Source: a virus (taxonomy: Duplodnaviria; Heunggongvirae; Uroviricota; Caudoviricetes). From it: a DNA stretch of 64,000 nt. Numbering within the stretch: position 1 is the first letter of the stretch; each line of letters opens with the position of its first letter. The position numbers and the translations under genes are program-made. Location: the IMG/VR virus record IMGVR_UViG_3300005748_000132, positions 20,180 to 84,179 of that record, one strand, 5' to 3'. The notes beneath the pieces are model-generated. The model did not search any database. It worked only from the letters and a program-made list of their open reading frames with translations, and was not told where the DNA came from. Positions 20,774 to 30,915 of this stretch are shown here, one piece after another.

Positions 20774-23700
20774 TCCTAAATGGGAAGAAACAAAAGAATT
20801 AGATTCAGATATTCCTAAGTTTGAGGACACTGAAGACATTATTGATGAACCTGTATCTAAAATAGAATCTTCTGTTAGAGGATTGGTTAGCGGTGCATCC
20901 TTGGGTTTTGCTGACGAGCTACAAGCAGCTTTATCTGCTATTGGTGAAGACGTACTAGGTGGATATCAAGAAGGTCAACCTAAAGTAACTTTCGATGAAG
21001 AAGGTCGTCCAGTAGTTCCAGAAGGTACTGGAGCAGGTTATGAAGAGAACTTAGAAGAAACTAGAGCAGCTTATAAAAAAGCTCAAGAAGACAATCCTAT
21101 AACTTACGGAGCTTCAGAATTAGCTGGAGGTATCCTTCCCGGTTTAGCTACAGGTGGAGGAGCAGCAGTAGGTAAAGTAGGAGCAGGCTTAGTAAAAGAA
21201 GGAGCTGAACAAGCTATAAAAACTGCTATAGTAGAAGGTGGTAAGTTAGGAGCTAAATATGGAGCAGTATCTGGACTAGGTTACTCAGAAGGTGAAACTC
21301 CGTTAGAAGTAGCTGGTGATGTAGCAGCAGGAACAGCAGCAGGGGCTTTAGGCGGAGCTTTGATACCAGCAGCAGCTAAAGGAGCTAAGACTATAACTAA
21401 AGGTTCCACAGACGCTGTTAAAAGCTTATTAAGAAAACTTCCGGGAGCTGAAACTATAGAAGCTGGTTATAAATATGGTAGACTAGGTAGAGCTTTGAGT
21501 CAAGAGAATTTAGACGAAGATTTAGCTAATACTGCAAAAACTATTCTTGGTAATATTCAACAAAAGAAAAAAGATAATGACTTAATAGGACTCAAGCAAC
21601 AACTTGACGACTTGGGTTTCAAGGTCGATACAAAAGAAGCTATAAATGAAGCGATTGACGACCTTCAAAAAATAGAGTCGAAAGATTTCCTAAAACTTAA
21701 TAATAAGGAGATTCTTCCTAAGTTACAAGAGTTCTCAGGTATAAATCCTAGTGAAGAAAAACTCATGGAAAGAGCTTTACGCGACTCTCTAAAAAAGAAG
21801 CTACAATCTCAGTCAGCTCAAGAACAAGCTATTATAAAAGGTGAGAAATCACTAGCTAAAGAAGCTTTAAAAAGCGGAGAAGAGCTTCAGCAAATAAATG
21901 ATATAAAGAAGTCTATGGACGACTTAGGACTTCCTCTAGACACTACACAGGGTCAAATAGGCGGTGTAAAAGGTAAGTTTAGAACTCCAGAAGGTGAAGA
22001 AAGACTTAAGACGGTACTTTCTGACACTACAGAGTTTCAGCCTGAGATATCTAAATTGGTAGGACCAGATGGTAGACCTATTGTAACGACTAAGGATTTA
22101 GGTACTGGTAAAGTACAAGCTTTAGTTGGAGATGTACAAAAGAAGTTAGATGTTGACTTAGAGAATATGTCATTGGAGGATGTAGACTATCTTCGTAACC
22201 AATTAAACGAAGTAGTCAATTTAGAAAAAATGAAAGGTTCTGTTAAAGATCCTGTTATAAAAAGAGCTATGAACTTAGCTTCTAGACTTAAAGAGCTTTC
22301 TGATCAAGTTGTTGAGGGTTCAGGACAAACTGGACTTATCGACCGTAGAAAGACTTTCTCTGAACTATTTGGAGCAGAAGAACTCCTTGGAATCAAGGGT
22401 AGATTAGCTCCTACAAAAGAAGCTGACGAGTTTGCTAAGATTACTAACTTGATGGAAAAGCTAGGTGTAGAAGGTGGTATAAAAAAGAGAATGGAAAGAA
22501 GTAGAGCTTTGGAGCTTCTAGGTGAAGACGTAGTTCCTCAGAAACAAAGAGATCTTCTTGAAACTATTAGAACCTTAAATGCTAGGCAAGGATATGGGGA
22601 TGAGAATATCTCTAGATCAGGTATATACCAAAGAGTTGTAGGTACTGTTCCTAATATCGCAGGATTAGCTCAATCTAAAGCTAGTAAAATAATAAGTCCA
22701 GCTACGCGAGCTACAGAAGGCATTAAGAGAATGTCAGCTCAAGAACTAGGTGACTTTGGTAATAAGTTAGCTAACTCTAATAATCAAGGAGCTAAAGTTC
22801 TAGGTAATAGACTTTTAGAAGCTATGTCTCAAGACGGTGCTGCTCAGAACCAAATATTATGGTCACTATCTCAGTCTCCAGCTTTTAGAGAGCTAGTTAA
22901 AAGAAATGCAAATGTTGGACTAGAGGCTGAAGTTGCTGAATTAGAGCAGATGTCACCTTCTTTTGATGAAACTAATCCACAAGAGCAAGTAGATGTAGGA
23001 ACTGAAGTAGAGAACTCTGTATTAGCTCCTGAAGTAGAAACTTCGACAATAGAAGAACCTTCTAGAGAACCTAGTAGTGTCGCAAATATCGACGAAGCTC
23101 TAGATTTCATAACTAGTGACGTAATAGAAGGTGGATATCAAAACCAAGAAACCGACCAAGGTAATTTTTTAAATGGTAAAAACTTAGGTACTAACCACGG
23201 AATAACTCCACAGGCTTATTTGAATTACTATGGAGTTGAACCTAGTGAAGAAGATATGAGGAATCTTACAAAAGAACAAGCTAAAGAAATATACAAATCT
23301 GACTATTTACAAAAACCTAAGATTGATCAAATCCAAGACCCTAATCTTCAGACTGCTGTTATGGATTTTGGTATAAACTCAGGTTCTGACAGAGCTATAA
23401 AATATCTTCAAAACTTAGTGGGAGTACAAGCTGATGGAGTAATAGGACCAAAAACACTAGAAGCTATAAATAATTATCAAGGTGATATAGTGTCGGACTA
23501 TCTACAAACAAGAAGAGATTTCATTACCGAAATATCTAAAAATCCTAAATACAGTATGTATGAAAAAGGTTGGAATAATCGTATTGATACACTGGGAGAA
23601 ATGTTAAAGTCTGAAACTCCGACACTACAAGAACCTGTAGAAGAAGTAGAAGCTCCTTCAGAAGAACAAGTTCAAGACTTAGAAGACGTTATTGACAGAG

Positions 23701-23891
23701 TTAATCAGCAGCAGAGTTCTGGTGAAAACACACCTATGAGTCAACTTGATGAATTACTTGGTAAAATAGACCAGTTAAAGATCTCAGAAGCTGATAAAGA
23801 CGAGCTGGAAGTAGAAGCTACTAACATGGTAGGATACAGCGACGGACAGATACTGAAGGATAAAATAAGAAGACTACAAGGGTTGTCGTGA
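20766..23891 (+). CDS. large internal virion protein with C-terminal peptidoglycan-binding domain (1041 aa)
   Basis: Gly/Ala-rich N-terminal region; coiled-coil middle. C-terminal …GITPQAYLNYYGVEPSEEDMRNLTKEQAKEIYKSDYL…VDGVIGPKTLEAINNYQ… resembles predicted PG-binding domains (PF09374/PF01471 type). Confidence 0.55.
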   Translation: MADPKWEETKELDSDIPKFEDTEDIIDEPVSKIESSVRGLVSGASLGFADELQAALSAIGEDVLGGYQEGQPKVTFDEEGRPVVPEGTGAGYEENLEETRAAYKKAQEDNPITYGASELAGGILPGLATGGGAAVGKVGAGLVKEGAEQAIKTAIVEGGKLGAKYGAVSGLGYSEGETPLEVAGDVAAGTAAGALGGALIPAAAKGAKTITKGSTDAVKSLLRKLPGAETIEAGYKYGRLGRALSQENLDEDLANTAKTILGNIQQKKKDNDLIGLKQQLDDLGFKVDTKEAINEAIDDLQKIESKDFLKLNNKEILPKLQEFSGINPSEEKLMERALRDSLKKKLQSQSAQEQAIIKGEKSLAKEALKSGEELQQINDIKKSMDDLGLPLDTTQGQIGGVKGKFRTPEGEERLKTVLSDTTEFQPEISKLVGPDGRPIVTTKDLGTGKVQALVGDVQKKLDVDLENMSLEDVDYLRNQLNEVVNLEKMKGSVKDPVIKRAMNLASRLKELSDQVVEGSGQTGLIDRRKTFSELFGAEELLGIKGRLAPTKEADEFAKITNLMEKLGVEGGIKKRMERSRALELLGEDVVPQKQRDLLETIRTLNARQGYGDENISRSGIYQRVVGTVPNIAGLAQSKASKIISPATRATEGIKRMSAQELGDFGNKLANSNNQGAKVLGNRLLEAMSQDGAAQNQILWSLSQSPAFRELVKRNANVGLEAEVAELEQMSPSFDETNPQEQVDVGTEVENSVLAPEVETSTIEEPSREPSSVANIDEALDFITSDVIEGGYQNQETDQGNFLNGKNLGTNHGITPQAYLNYYGVEPSEEDMRNLTKEQAKEIYKSDYLQKPKIDQIQDPNLQTAVMDFGINSGSDRAIKYLQNLVGVQADGVIGPKTLEAINNYQGDIVSDYLQTRRDFITEISKNPKYSMYEKGWNNRIDTLGEMLKSETPTLQEPVEEVEAPSEEQVQDLEDVIDRVNQQQSSGENTPMSQLDELLGKIDQLKISEADKDELEVEATNMVGYSDGQILKDKIRRLQGLS

Positions 23892-24241
23892 TGAGAAATG
23901 AGGATTTGGTAGTAGAGCTAGTAAAGAAAAGTAGCGAGGATATTTCTGATATAAAGTCGGATATATCTGTAATGAAAGTAGAAGTTAAGAGAAATCGCGA
24001 AGACCTAGAAGAGCATATGGCTCAAACTAGAGCTGTTAAAAGCTTAGCTTTAGATGTCAGACAAGAAGCTGAAGATAAAATAGAAGCTATTAGAAGTCAG
24101 TTTAATACGGACATTGCTGAGATAAATAAGAAGCTTTCTATTGGATACTTGTTCAAACTTATATTGACTGTAGCTGCTGGAATCTCGACACTATCAGGAG
24201 CAATTTACGGAGCCATTAAGCTGATCGACCTTCTGAAATAG
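23888..24241 (+). CDS. XhlA-like/holin-like membrane protein (117 aa)
   Basis: N-terminal coiled coil plus a single C-terminal TM helix (LFKLILTVAAGISTLSGAIYGAI); last + strand gene before the convergent junction. Confidence 0.4.
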   Translation: MMRNEDLVVELVKKSSEDISDIKSDISVMKVEVKRNREDLEEHMAQTRAVKSLALDVRQEAEDKIEAIRSQFNTDIAEINKKLSIGYLFKLILTVAAGISTLSGAIYGAIKLIDLLK

Positions 24242-24781
24242 TTAGTCTTCATCCTCCCAGTCTGTGACATTGTTTAACTCATCTTCTCGCAAGTCATCCC
24301 ACGAAGTTACTTTAAACTCATTAGATACTCTAGCGTGGTTAGTTATATCCGTTCTTCTTCTGTAATTAGCTTGTTCCAACTCTCGTCTAGGGTGAACTTC
24401 ATTTAAGAAACCTTCCATGTCCTCAATCTGCTCTCTAAGTCTCCTAGCTTCCTCTCTATCGTCTTCTGTAGTAGTGTTGGGACTCTTACTATATATCTTG
24501 TTGAAAGCCTTTGTATGGGCTTTTATTTGCTTCTTAACGTCCTCTACGGTTTCCTTGTCGATTCGTATTTGGTGAACTTCGTCGTATTCCCAAGAGTTGT
24601 CAAAAGAAGCTCCGTAGTACTCTCCGTTAAACTTCTCTAGAAACTTCTTAGCTTCGTTAGTTAGTTTGGATACGTAGTGATAGTTGTCCATGTAAATCTG
24701 TCTGATTTTAGTGTTGTCACTAGGTTTTAAGTTGGAGCGTTTTTTCTTCTTTTTAGTCATTTTCTCCTTTAGAATACCCAT
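24242..24781 (-). CDS. hypothetical protein, K/E-rich (179 aa)
   Basis: ORF; no motif. Confidence 0.4.
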   Translation of the reverse strand: MGILKEKMTKKKKKRSNLKPSDNTKIRQIYMDNYHYVSKLTNEAKKFLEKFNGEYYGASFDNSWEYDEVHQIRIDKETVEDVKKQIKAHTKAFNKIYSKSPNTTTEDDREEARRLREQIEDMEGFLNEVHPRRELEQANYRRRTDITNHARVSNEFKVTSWDDLREDELNNVTDWEDED

Positions 24782-25442
24782 AAGCTCTAAGTTCGACTAG
24801 CTTACTAAGGTTTTTTCTTCGTATCATACTACCTCCGTCTGGAGGTGTAAATGTATAACTAGTACAACCTTTTGACTCCATTTCTTCTTTAATTTCTGTA
24901 AAAAATCTTCCAGAGTATCTAGGGTTTGATATAATTTTTAGTGTGTCTAAATCTAGTAAAACTCTAAGTACAGTTTCATGAGGTCTAAACTCAGCTTTTT
25001 TAGGGTCTTCTAGAGAAAACAAACTACCTTCGCTTGAATAAGTAACAGCAGAACCTTCTAATCCGAACATAGATAATCTAGTCACCTCTAGGTTGTTTTT
25101 GTTTACCTCTTCAAACTTTTTTACAGCCTTATCTAACTCCTCTAAGTACTTCTTATGACCAGTATCTTCTCTATTAGATTTGTCGACTTTTACGAATTTA
25201 CCTTCTTCAGAACTAGCGTTTAAGGCTTGTATAGATAATGTTATATAATTGTCAAAAATAGGAGACTTGTCTACGATTTTATAATACTCTAAAATCTCCG
25301 ATGAAACCTCGCGGTTAGTTTCTATAGCAATTCCATTATGTGACTCCATCATTTCATAGTTACCACTAAGTTCTATAAGATGATCTCCTATTTCTAAATC
25401 GTGTGTTTTTAATAATTCTTCTAGTTCTTCACCTTTTAACAT
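24753..25442 (-). CDS. hypothetical protein (229 aa)
   Basis: ORF in an operon-like array. Confidence 0.4.
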   Translation of the reverse strand: MLKGEELEELLKTHDLEIGDHLIELSGNYEMMESHNGIAIETNREVSSEILEYYKIVDKSPIFDNYITLSIQALNASSEEGKFVKVDKSNREDTGHKKYLEELDKAVKKFEEVNKNNLEVTRLSMFGLEGSAVTYSSEGSLFSLEDPKKAEFRPHETVLRVLLDLDTLKIISNPRYSGRFFTEIKEEMESKGCTSYTFTPPDGGSMIRRKNLSKLVELRAYGYSKGEND

Positions 25443-25771
25443 TACTTCTCCTTATTAAAATACTTAGCTCTTGTCTTACCTTCGTAACTTAAATCAAAGT
25501 TACCTGATATGTTGTAGTACTTCTGCTTACCTGTTCTTGACTTCTCGAAATACTTACTTAGTGTCCGAAAGAAACCTATTTTACTCATGTCTCCTTTGAA
25601 CTTGTCTTTATACGTATACCATATCACATAGTTGGGAGTTCTGTCAAGACTTTTTTTAAGGTTATACTCGTGAATAAACTTCTCTATTTCGTTGTTAAAT
25701 ACAGGTTTGGGTTCCGAAGAACCCTCGCCTAGTATTGAAAGGAGTTTATCAACCTCGTTCGACTCTGACAT
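25442..25771 (-). CDS. hypothetical protein (109 aa)
   Basis: ORF; ATGA overlap. Confidence 0.4.
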   Translation of the reverse strand: MSESNEVDKLLSILGEGSSEPKPVFNNEIEKFIHEYNLKKSLDRTPNYVIWYTYKDKFKGDMSKIGFFRTLSKYFEKSRTGKQKYYNISGNFDLSYEGKTRAKYFNKEK

Positions 25772-26532
25772 TACAGGGTCGCCTCGATTCTTTTAGTGAT
25801 ATTTGTGAAGTAACTTGTAAATTTCATAACATCTTCATAATTAGAACCTCTCACACTTATAGGTGCTGTAATAATAGGACAATTGGAAAACTCGACTTGG
25901 AAATTACCAAAAAAGGTTCTAACCGTTTCCATATGACTACCCATTAGGTTCTCATTACATCTTACATTGACTATTTCGTCAGCATGATTAGCTTTCACAG
26001 CTTCTCTAGCCGTTAACCAAAGTTCATCTTTAATTTGATTCCTATAGTTCTCTAAAGAAATGCCTATTCTATTTGCCGCAACTTCTTCGAGTTCAGTAAC
26101 ATTATCATGAAGCATCTTTATAACTTGGTCTAAGTCACCACCTAGTTCTCCCCCTAAGCCACTAATTTGCGCTCTGTGTGACATTAGTAATCCTGAAGAA
26201 ATGATGTACCTTTTACCTAAATTTTGAACTGTTTGATATCCCATACTTGCTGCCGTTATAGTAATTGTGTGAAACTTACACGGTAAAGCTTTCAGAGTAT
26301 CGAAGAATAATTGACCTGCTGAAATACTTCCTCCGGGACTATATAAAACTATATAAATGTCTTTCCCTTGGTTTTTTCCACATAAGTTCATAGCTTCGAT
26401 TTGTTTCTTTGCTACAAACATACCGTCAAAAGCTTGGTTGAAGTTAATAGTGTTGCTTGAATTTAATTCAATTGTCTTTGCTCCAAAAGTTAGAGCTGGT
26501 AAAAGTAGCATGATTGCTAATAGTTTTTTCAT
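25771..26532 (-). CDS. exported ClpP-like (S14-type) serine protease
   Basis: N-terminal signal peptide (MKKLLAIMLLLPALTFG). ClpP motifs: IYIVLYSPGGSISAG; Ser in TAASMG; His in MSHRAQ; Asp in …ANHADEIV. Confidence 0.65.
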   Translation of the reverse strand: MKKLLAIMLLLPALTFGAKTIELNSSNTINFNQAFDGMFVAKKQIEAMNLCGKNQGKDIYIVLYSPGGSISAGQLFFDTLKALPCKFHTITITAASMGYQTVQNLGKRYIISSGLLMSHRAQISGLGGELGGDLDQVIKMLHDNVTELEEVAANRIGISLENYRNQIKDELWLTAREAVKANHADEIVNVRCNENLMGSHMETVRTFFGNFQVEFSNCPIITAPISVRGSNYEDVMKFTSYFTNITKRIEATL

Positions 26533-26536
26533 TGTT

Positions 26537-26923
26537 CTATTCTCCTTGATATTTTTCCATAAGTTTTTTTACAGCTTTTTTTGCTCGATCGCATCTCTTA
26601 TCTACTTCAAAGAATCCAATTTCTTCAGTGATGGGTACATCAAAATTAATATGCTCTAGTGATTCCAAATGTAGTGGGTCAATAGGACCTCTGTCTATTT
26701 GTACTATTGTCATGAGATGAATGTAACCATCTTCGTCTTCTATCATAACTACACCTGATTCTTCTACTTTATCATAAGCTACAATCTTTTTAAAATCAAT
26801 TGTGACAGGTTGTATTAAATCACTAAGGTTTCCATTCTCGATAACTTCTTTTATATCTTTTTTATAAAATACGTTATCTTCATTAACAGGATAACCACTT
26901 CCTAACTTTTCACCAATTAACAT
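26537..26923 (-). CDS. hypothetical protein (128 aa)
   Basis: ORF with SD. Confidence 0.4.
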   Translation of the reverse strand: MLIGEKLGSGYPVNEDNVFYKKDIKEVIENGNLSDLIQPVTIDFKKIVAYDKVEESGVVMIEDEDGYIHLMTIVQIDRGPIDPLHLESLEHINFDVPITEEIGFFEVDKRCDRAKKAVKKLMEKYQGE

Positions 26924-26983
26924 TGTTCCTCCAATGGTTCTATATATCTTAACATGGTTTTAAACTCAGGTCAAGAGTTTTTA

Positions 26984-28747
26984 TTATCCTTCACAACTAG
27001 CACACCCTTCTTCGTTATTAATATTATCTGCTTTTATACCACTTGTACTTCGACAATAATATAGAGTCTTAACACCAAGTTCCCAAGCTTTTATGTGAAC
27101 CTTATTGAAGTATTTAGGGTCAACGTCAAAAGGAAAGAACAAATTTAAACTTTGCGATTGACATATGTACTTTTGTCTCTGAGCAGCTTGTTGTATTATA
27201 GAGTTTTGATCAAGTTCATAAGCTGTTTTATAAACATTTTTTTGGTCATCCGTCAAAAACTCTAAATGTTGAACGCTTCCTGAGTTCTTAATTATAGATT
27301 TCCAAACTTCATCAGTATCTTTATCTATTTCTGAAAGTAACTTTTTTAAGTTCTTATTTCTTCTTTGAAAGGTTCCTTTAGCTGTAATGTCATTATAAGC
27401 ATTTGAAACTATAGGCTCTATACTGGCACTAACATCTCCACAGATGATAGAGTTTGATCTAGTTGGAGCTAAAGCAAGAAGATGGCTATTATATAAGTCA
27501 GTACCCTTACACCAATCAGGTTCTCCCCTATCTTCTGCTAATTTTTTACTAGCCTTTACAGACTCTTCTTTTATAAACTTGTGAATTTCATTGTTCAATT
27601 GCATTGCTCTAAAACTCTCAAAAGCTATATTATTCTTCTGAAGGTAACTATGCCATCCCATAACTCCAACACCTATAGCTCTACCCTTTTTAGCACTAGC
27701 TACCGTTCTTTCCATGTAAGGTATGTTGGATGCTTTGTTGATAAACTCGTCTAAGACACCGTTTAGGAACATTGTAGCGATTTCAGGGACACTATATCCT
27801 GTTCTAGGAGATTTGTAGTCTTTCCATTCATCGTAACTATCTAAGTTTAAGCTAGATAAACAACAAATAAAACTGTGATCTCCGTCAGCAAATAAAGTTA
27901 TCTCTGAGCAAATATTGGTCATATTAACTTTAAGACCATTGTTCTTGTAAGCTTGAGGATTGTTATTATTCACTGTATCATTAAACATTATGTAAGGCTC
28001 ACCTGTTTCTAATCTAGTTTTAAGGAGTTCTGTCCATTTTAACCTAGCTTCTAAATCTCCGTTCTTAACTTTATGCATAAACTCATCGTTTATCATAGTA
28101 CAATGGTGCATGTTCAAAGCTTGTCTGTTCACATCACCTTCTGGTCTTCTCATTCTTACGAACTCTCCCCAGTCTTTATGCTCTATATTGAGGTTAGCCG
28201 AACTATTCCCTCTTCTGACTCTCCCTTGTTTTGAAGCTAACGTGGCTGAGTCGTAGACTTTAATGAAAGGGATTACTCCATCACTGGTTCCATTCTTACC
28301 ACCTTTTATGAAACTACCAGAGGGTCTTAAATTATTCATACCTATTCCGACACCACCTGAGTTCTTACTCATCATAGCAAGTTCACCCGGTCCTCTACCC
28401 ATAATATCTTCCATTCTGTCTTCTAAGTTAAAACCGAAACAACTAATAGGTAAACCTCTGTCTGTACCTAAGTTCATTAGTATCGGAGAGGCTGGTCCTA
28501 AGAAGCTTCTGTATATAATTTCAAAGAAGTCGTCTTTAAGGTCATCTGAATACTTACCAGATTTAGCAGCAGCTCTCGAAACTCTACGATACATTGCTTT
28601 AGGAGTTTCATCTTCTAAAAGATAACCTCCTTTTAAAGTAGTATATCCTTCTAGTGTCAACCACTCAGGAGACTCTTTATCTTTTTTTAGTTGTTCAAGT
28701 TCTTTTTCTAAGTTACCCATCATACCCCTCAAATAAATTGTCAACAC
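26984..28747 (-). CDS. nrdA: ribonucleoside-diphosphate reductase large subunit (class I, no ATP-cone)
   Basis: Active-site NMTNICSEITL (N-x-C-S-E-I); C-terminal CxxC tail (GCASCEG); 587 aa. The track start overlaps nrdB by 35 nt; the true start may be the internal Met-Met. Confidence 0.85.
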   Translation of the reverse strand: MLTIYLRGMMGNLEKELEQLKKDKESPEWLTLEGYTTLKGGYLLEDETPKAMYRRVSRAAAKSGKYSDDLKDDFFEIIYRSFLGPASPILMNLGTDRGLPISCFGFNLEDRMEDIMGRGPGELAMMSKNSGGVGIGMNNLRPSGSFIKGGKNGTSDGVIPFIKVYDSATLASKQGRVRRGNSSANLNIEHKDWGEFVRMRRPEGDVNRQALNMHHCTMINDEFMHKVKNGDLEARLKWTELLKTRLETGEPYIMFNDTVNNNNPQAYKNNGLKVNMTNICSEITLFADGDHSFICCLSSLNLDSYDEWKDYKSPRTGYSVPEIATMFLNGVLDEFINKASNIPYMERTVASAKKGRAIGVGVMGWHSYLQKNNIAFESFRAMQLNNEIHKFIKEESVKASKKLAEDRGEPDWCKGTDLYNSHLLALAPTRSNSIICGDVSASIEPIVSNAYNDITAKGTFQRRNKNLKKLLSEIDKDTDEVWKSIIKNSGSVQHLEFLTDDQKNVYKTAYELDQNSIIQQAAQRQKYICQSQSLNLFFPFDVDPKYFNKVHIKAWELGVKTLYYCRSTSGIKADNINNEEGCASCEG

Positions 28748-29684
28748 TTATTGTACTTTTGCTATATTCTGTATTTCTTGCGTGAAAAAAATCAGATAAA
28801 TTCTGACCAAATACCATTTCTTCAAACCAATCCATCTTCTTAAGGGAGTCAAGGTCTATATTTTTCCAGTTTGTTTTCAAACCCATTGCTAGTAACTTTT
28901 CGTTAGCTCTATTTCTGATGTAATTCTTAACATCTCTATGGTCTAGACCTCTGATAGTACCTAGAGAAAAAGCCTTGTCAATAAAGTCATCTTCTAATTG
29001 AACCGCTAATCTAGCAGCTTCGTAAATTTCACCCTTGAGTTCTTTATCCCATATCTCAGGGTTTTCTGACACTAAAGTATTAAATAACCATATTCCTGCT
29101 CTCGAATGTAAGTCCTCATCTAAAGCTGACCACTCTATAATATTTTTCATACCACTCATCATGTTGTATCTAGACAAGCTAATTAAGATGGCAAAAGAGC
29201 TAAATAAGTTAACCCCTTCTGTAAAACCTGAGAATATAGCTAGTCTTCTTGCGATATCTCGTTTAGTTTTACCTTTTACGTTTTTAATCTTATCTAGTTT
29301 AGCTACTGCTGTTTCGTCTTGCATGAAAGCTTCATAATCGTCTAAACCTAAGGAGTCATTAAGATAACTATAAGCTTGAGTATGGATAGTTTCCATGTTT
29401 GAGAAAGCTGCACACATCATTTGCACTTCTGGTTTTCTAATAAGATTTCCCAAGTGTCTCCAGTAATCATTACCTACAACAAGCTCGACCTGAGTGAATG
29501 ACTTTAGAATTTGACCGTATACATCTCTTTCGCTTTGAACAAGATCTTCTTTCCAGTTTTTTATATCTGAAGCTAAAGATACTTCAGAAGGTAACCAGTG
29601 TGCATTTTGTTGTTTTTCCCAGAAATCATAGGCTTTTGGATATTCAAATGGTTTATAAACTTCACGAGGTTTCAACAGACTCAA
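28713..29684 (-). CDS. nrdB: ribonucleotide reductase small subunit (ferritin-like di-iron)
   Basis: Di-iron ligand motifs (…METIHTQAY…, …EDLHS…); directly upstream of nrdA. Confidence 0.8.
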   Translation of the reverse strand: MSLLKPREVYKPFEYPKAYDFWEKQQNAHWLPSEVSLASDIKNWKEDLVQSERDVYGQILKSFTQVELVVGNDYWRHLGNLIRKPEVQMMCAAFSNMETIHTQAYSYLNDSLGLDDYEAFMQDETAVAKLDKIKNVKGKTKRDIARRLAIFSGFTEGVNLFSSFAILISLSRYNMMSGMKNIIEWSALDEDLHSRAGIWLFNTLVSENPEIWDKELKGEIYEAARLAVQLEDDFIDKAFSLGTIRGLDHRDVKNYIRNRANEKLLAMGLKTNWKNIDLDSLKKMDWFEEMVFGQNLSDFFHARNTEYSKSTISVDNLFEGYDG

Positions 29685-29696
29685 CTACAACTCCTT

Positions 29697-29954
29697 TTAT
29701 AATAGTTTATCACAAGCTTTCTTAACTTTACTCAATTCCTTAACAATTTTCTCTTGACTAGTATACACCGACTTACTAGCTTTGTCAATACTCTCCCTAA
29801 CCTTTCTCACTTCTTTCAAAGCTTCGTCCCTAGTCTTCTCTATTTCAGAAACATAGTGACTTCCCCCTAGTGTCACACCAGTTACAAATACTAAATGGTA
29901 AGCTATTTGAACTAGTTTACAAAGGTTATTTTCAATCCATTGTTTCATGCTCAA
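29697..29954 (-). CDS. small membrane protein (85 aa)
   Basis: One TM (VQIAYHLVFVTGVTLGG) followed by a charged helix. Confidence 0.4.
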   Translation of the reverse strand: MSMKQWIENNLCKLVQIAYHLVFVTGVTLGGSHYVSEIEKTRDEALKEVRKVRESIDKASKSVYTSQEKIVKELSKVKKACDKLL

Positions 29955-30492
29955 ACTCCTTCACCCCTTCTCCTCGCAAATAACCCTCACACACTCCCAG
30001 AGCGTCGAAATAGTCGCTAGGAACCGTCCTAAGATTACCTGTTATGTTACTCTCAATCTTCTCTGGAATGTCCATTTTAGCCCTGAAATAAGCTTCTGTA
30101 GGCTGTTTATAATCCCTCTTTCCCTTAGCATTTTTTACAGCCTTTATACCGCAGTTTTTTCGCCAAGTCTGAGGAGTTATCTGATTAAGTTTCAAACCTA
30201 GTTCTTCGCAAACTGACATAACAGCCCCTTGAAGATGGGGACAAACTAGCGAACCCATGACTCTGCTAGTGTTGAAAACGTAACTCTCGAACACTACTTT
30301 TTCTAGCTTCTCATCAGAGTTTATGAACATTCTCTTAACAAATCTAGCTATCTCATAGCACTTTTTCTCGACACTATCGTCTTTATGAAACCAAATAGCT
30401 CCTACTTCTTGTATGATAGCTTTGTTTTTAGTTGACTCTGCTATTACGTAGCCTGTGCATGTTGATGATATGTCAAGGAATAAGGTTTTCAT
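29932..30492 (-). CDS. RuvC-like Holliday-junction resolvase
   Basis: N-terminal FLDISSTCTGYVIAE (catalytic Asp); acidic VVFESY and DYFDALGV positions consistent with the RuvC fold. Confidence 0.6.
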   Translation of the reverse strand: MKTLFLDISSTCTGYVIAESTKNKAIIQEVGAIWFHKDDSVEKKCYEIARFVKRMFINSDEKLEKVVFESYVFNTSRVMGSLVCPHLQGAVMSVCEELGLKLNQITPQTWRKNCGIKAVKNAKGKRDYKQPTEAYFRAKMDIPEKIESNITGNLRTVPSDYFDALGVCEGYLRGEGVKEFEHETMD

Positions 30493-30872
30493 TTCTTCTT
30501 AACTCCTCTGTATTCACATTTGCTACAAACTATGATTGTACCAGCTCTGGAAGGTATTTGCTTAACTTCATGGTCACCACACTCAGGACAAACCGTCTTA
30601 GCTGCCTTTCGCTTCTTTTCTTGCTTCTTGTAATTTACCAGTCTTTCTGCTCTTTCTAAAGCTTGGTCTAAACTAGTTTCTCCGTCAAGTTCTACGATAA
30701 GCTTCTTTGATTCTTCAAAAGCTGCTTCTAGTGTCGCAATTTCTGACAGTAGTTTGTTGTTCTTTTTTGTAAGCTCTTTATTTTCTTCTAGTAGTCTGTG
30801 AACTCTTCTTTTAAGCTTCTGAGTCTCACCATCTTTTGCTGTTTTCACTATCGAACCTTTTTTAGCTTTCAC
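30489..30872 (-). CDS. coiled-coil protein with C-terminal zinc ribbon (127 aa)
   Basis: CPECG…CSKCEY pair of CxxC motifs. Confidence 0.45.
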   Translation of the reverse strand: MKAKKGSIVKTAKDGETQKLKRRVHRLLEENKELTKKNNKLLSEIATLEAAFEESKKLIVELDGETSLDQALERAERLVNYKKQEKKRKAAKTVCPECGDHEVKQIPSRAGTIIVCSKCEYRGVKKK

Positions 30873-30915
30873 CTTCCTCCATTATTGTAGCACGAACTTT
30901 ATTCTGAGTCAACTA

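Noticed and set aside
28735-28760. ttgtcaacact near 28745, resembling the TTGACAAC promoter element
   Set aside because: Only a partial match in reverse orientation inside the nrdA/nrdB overlap; not the 19-mer.
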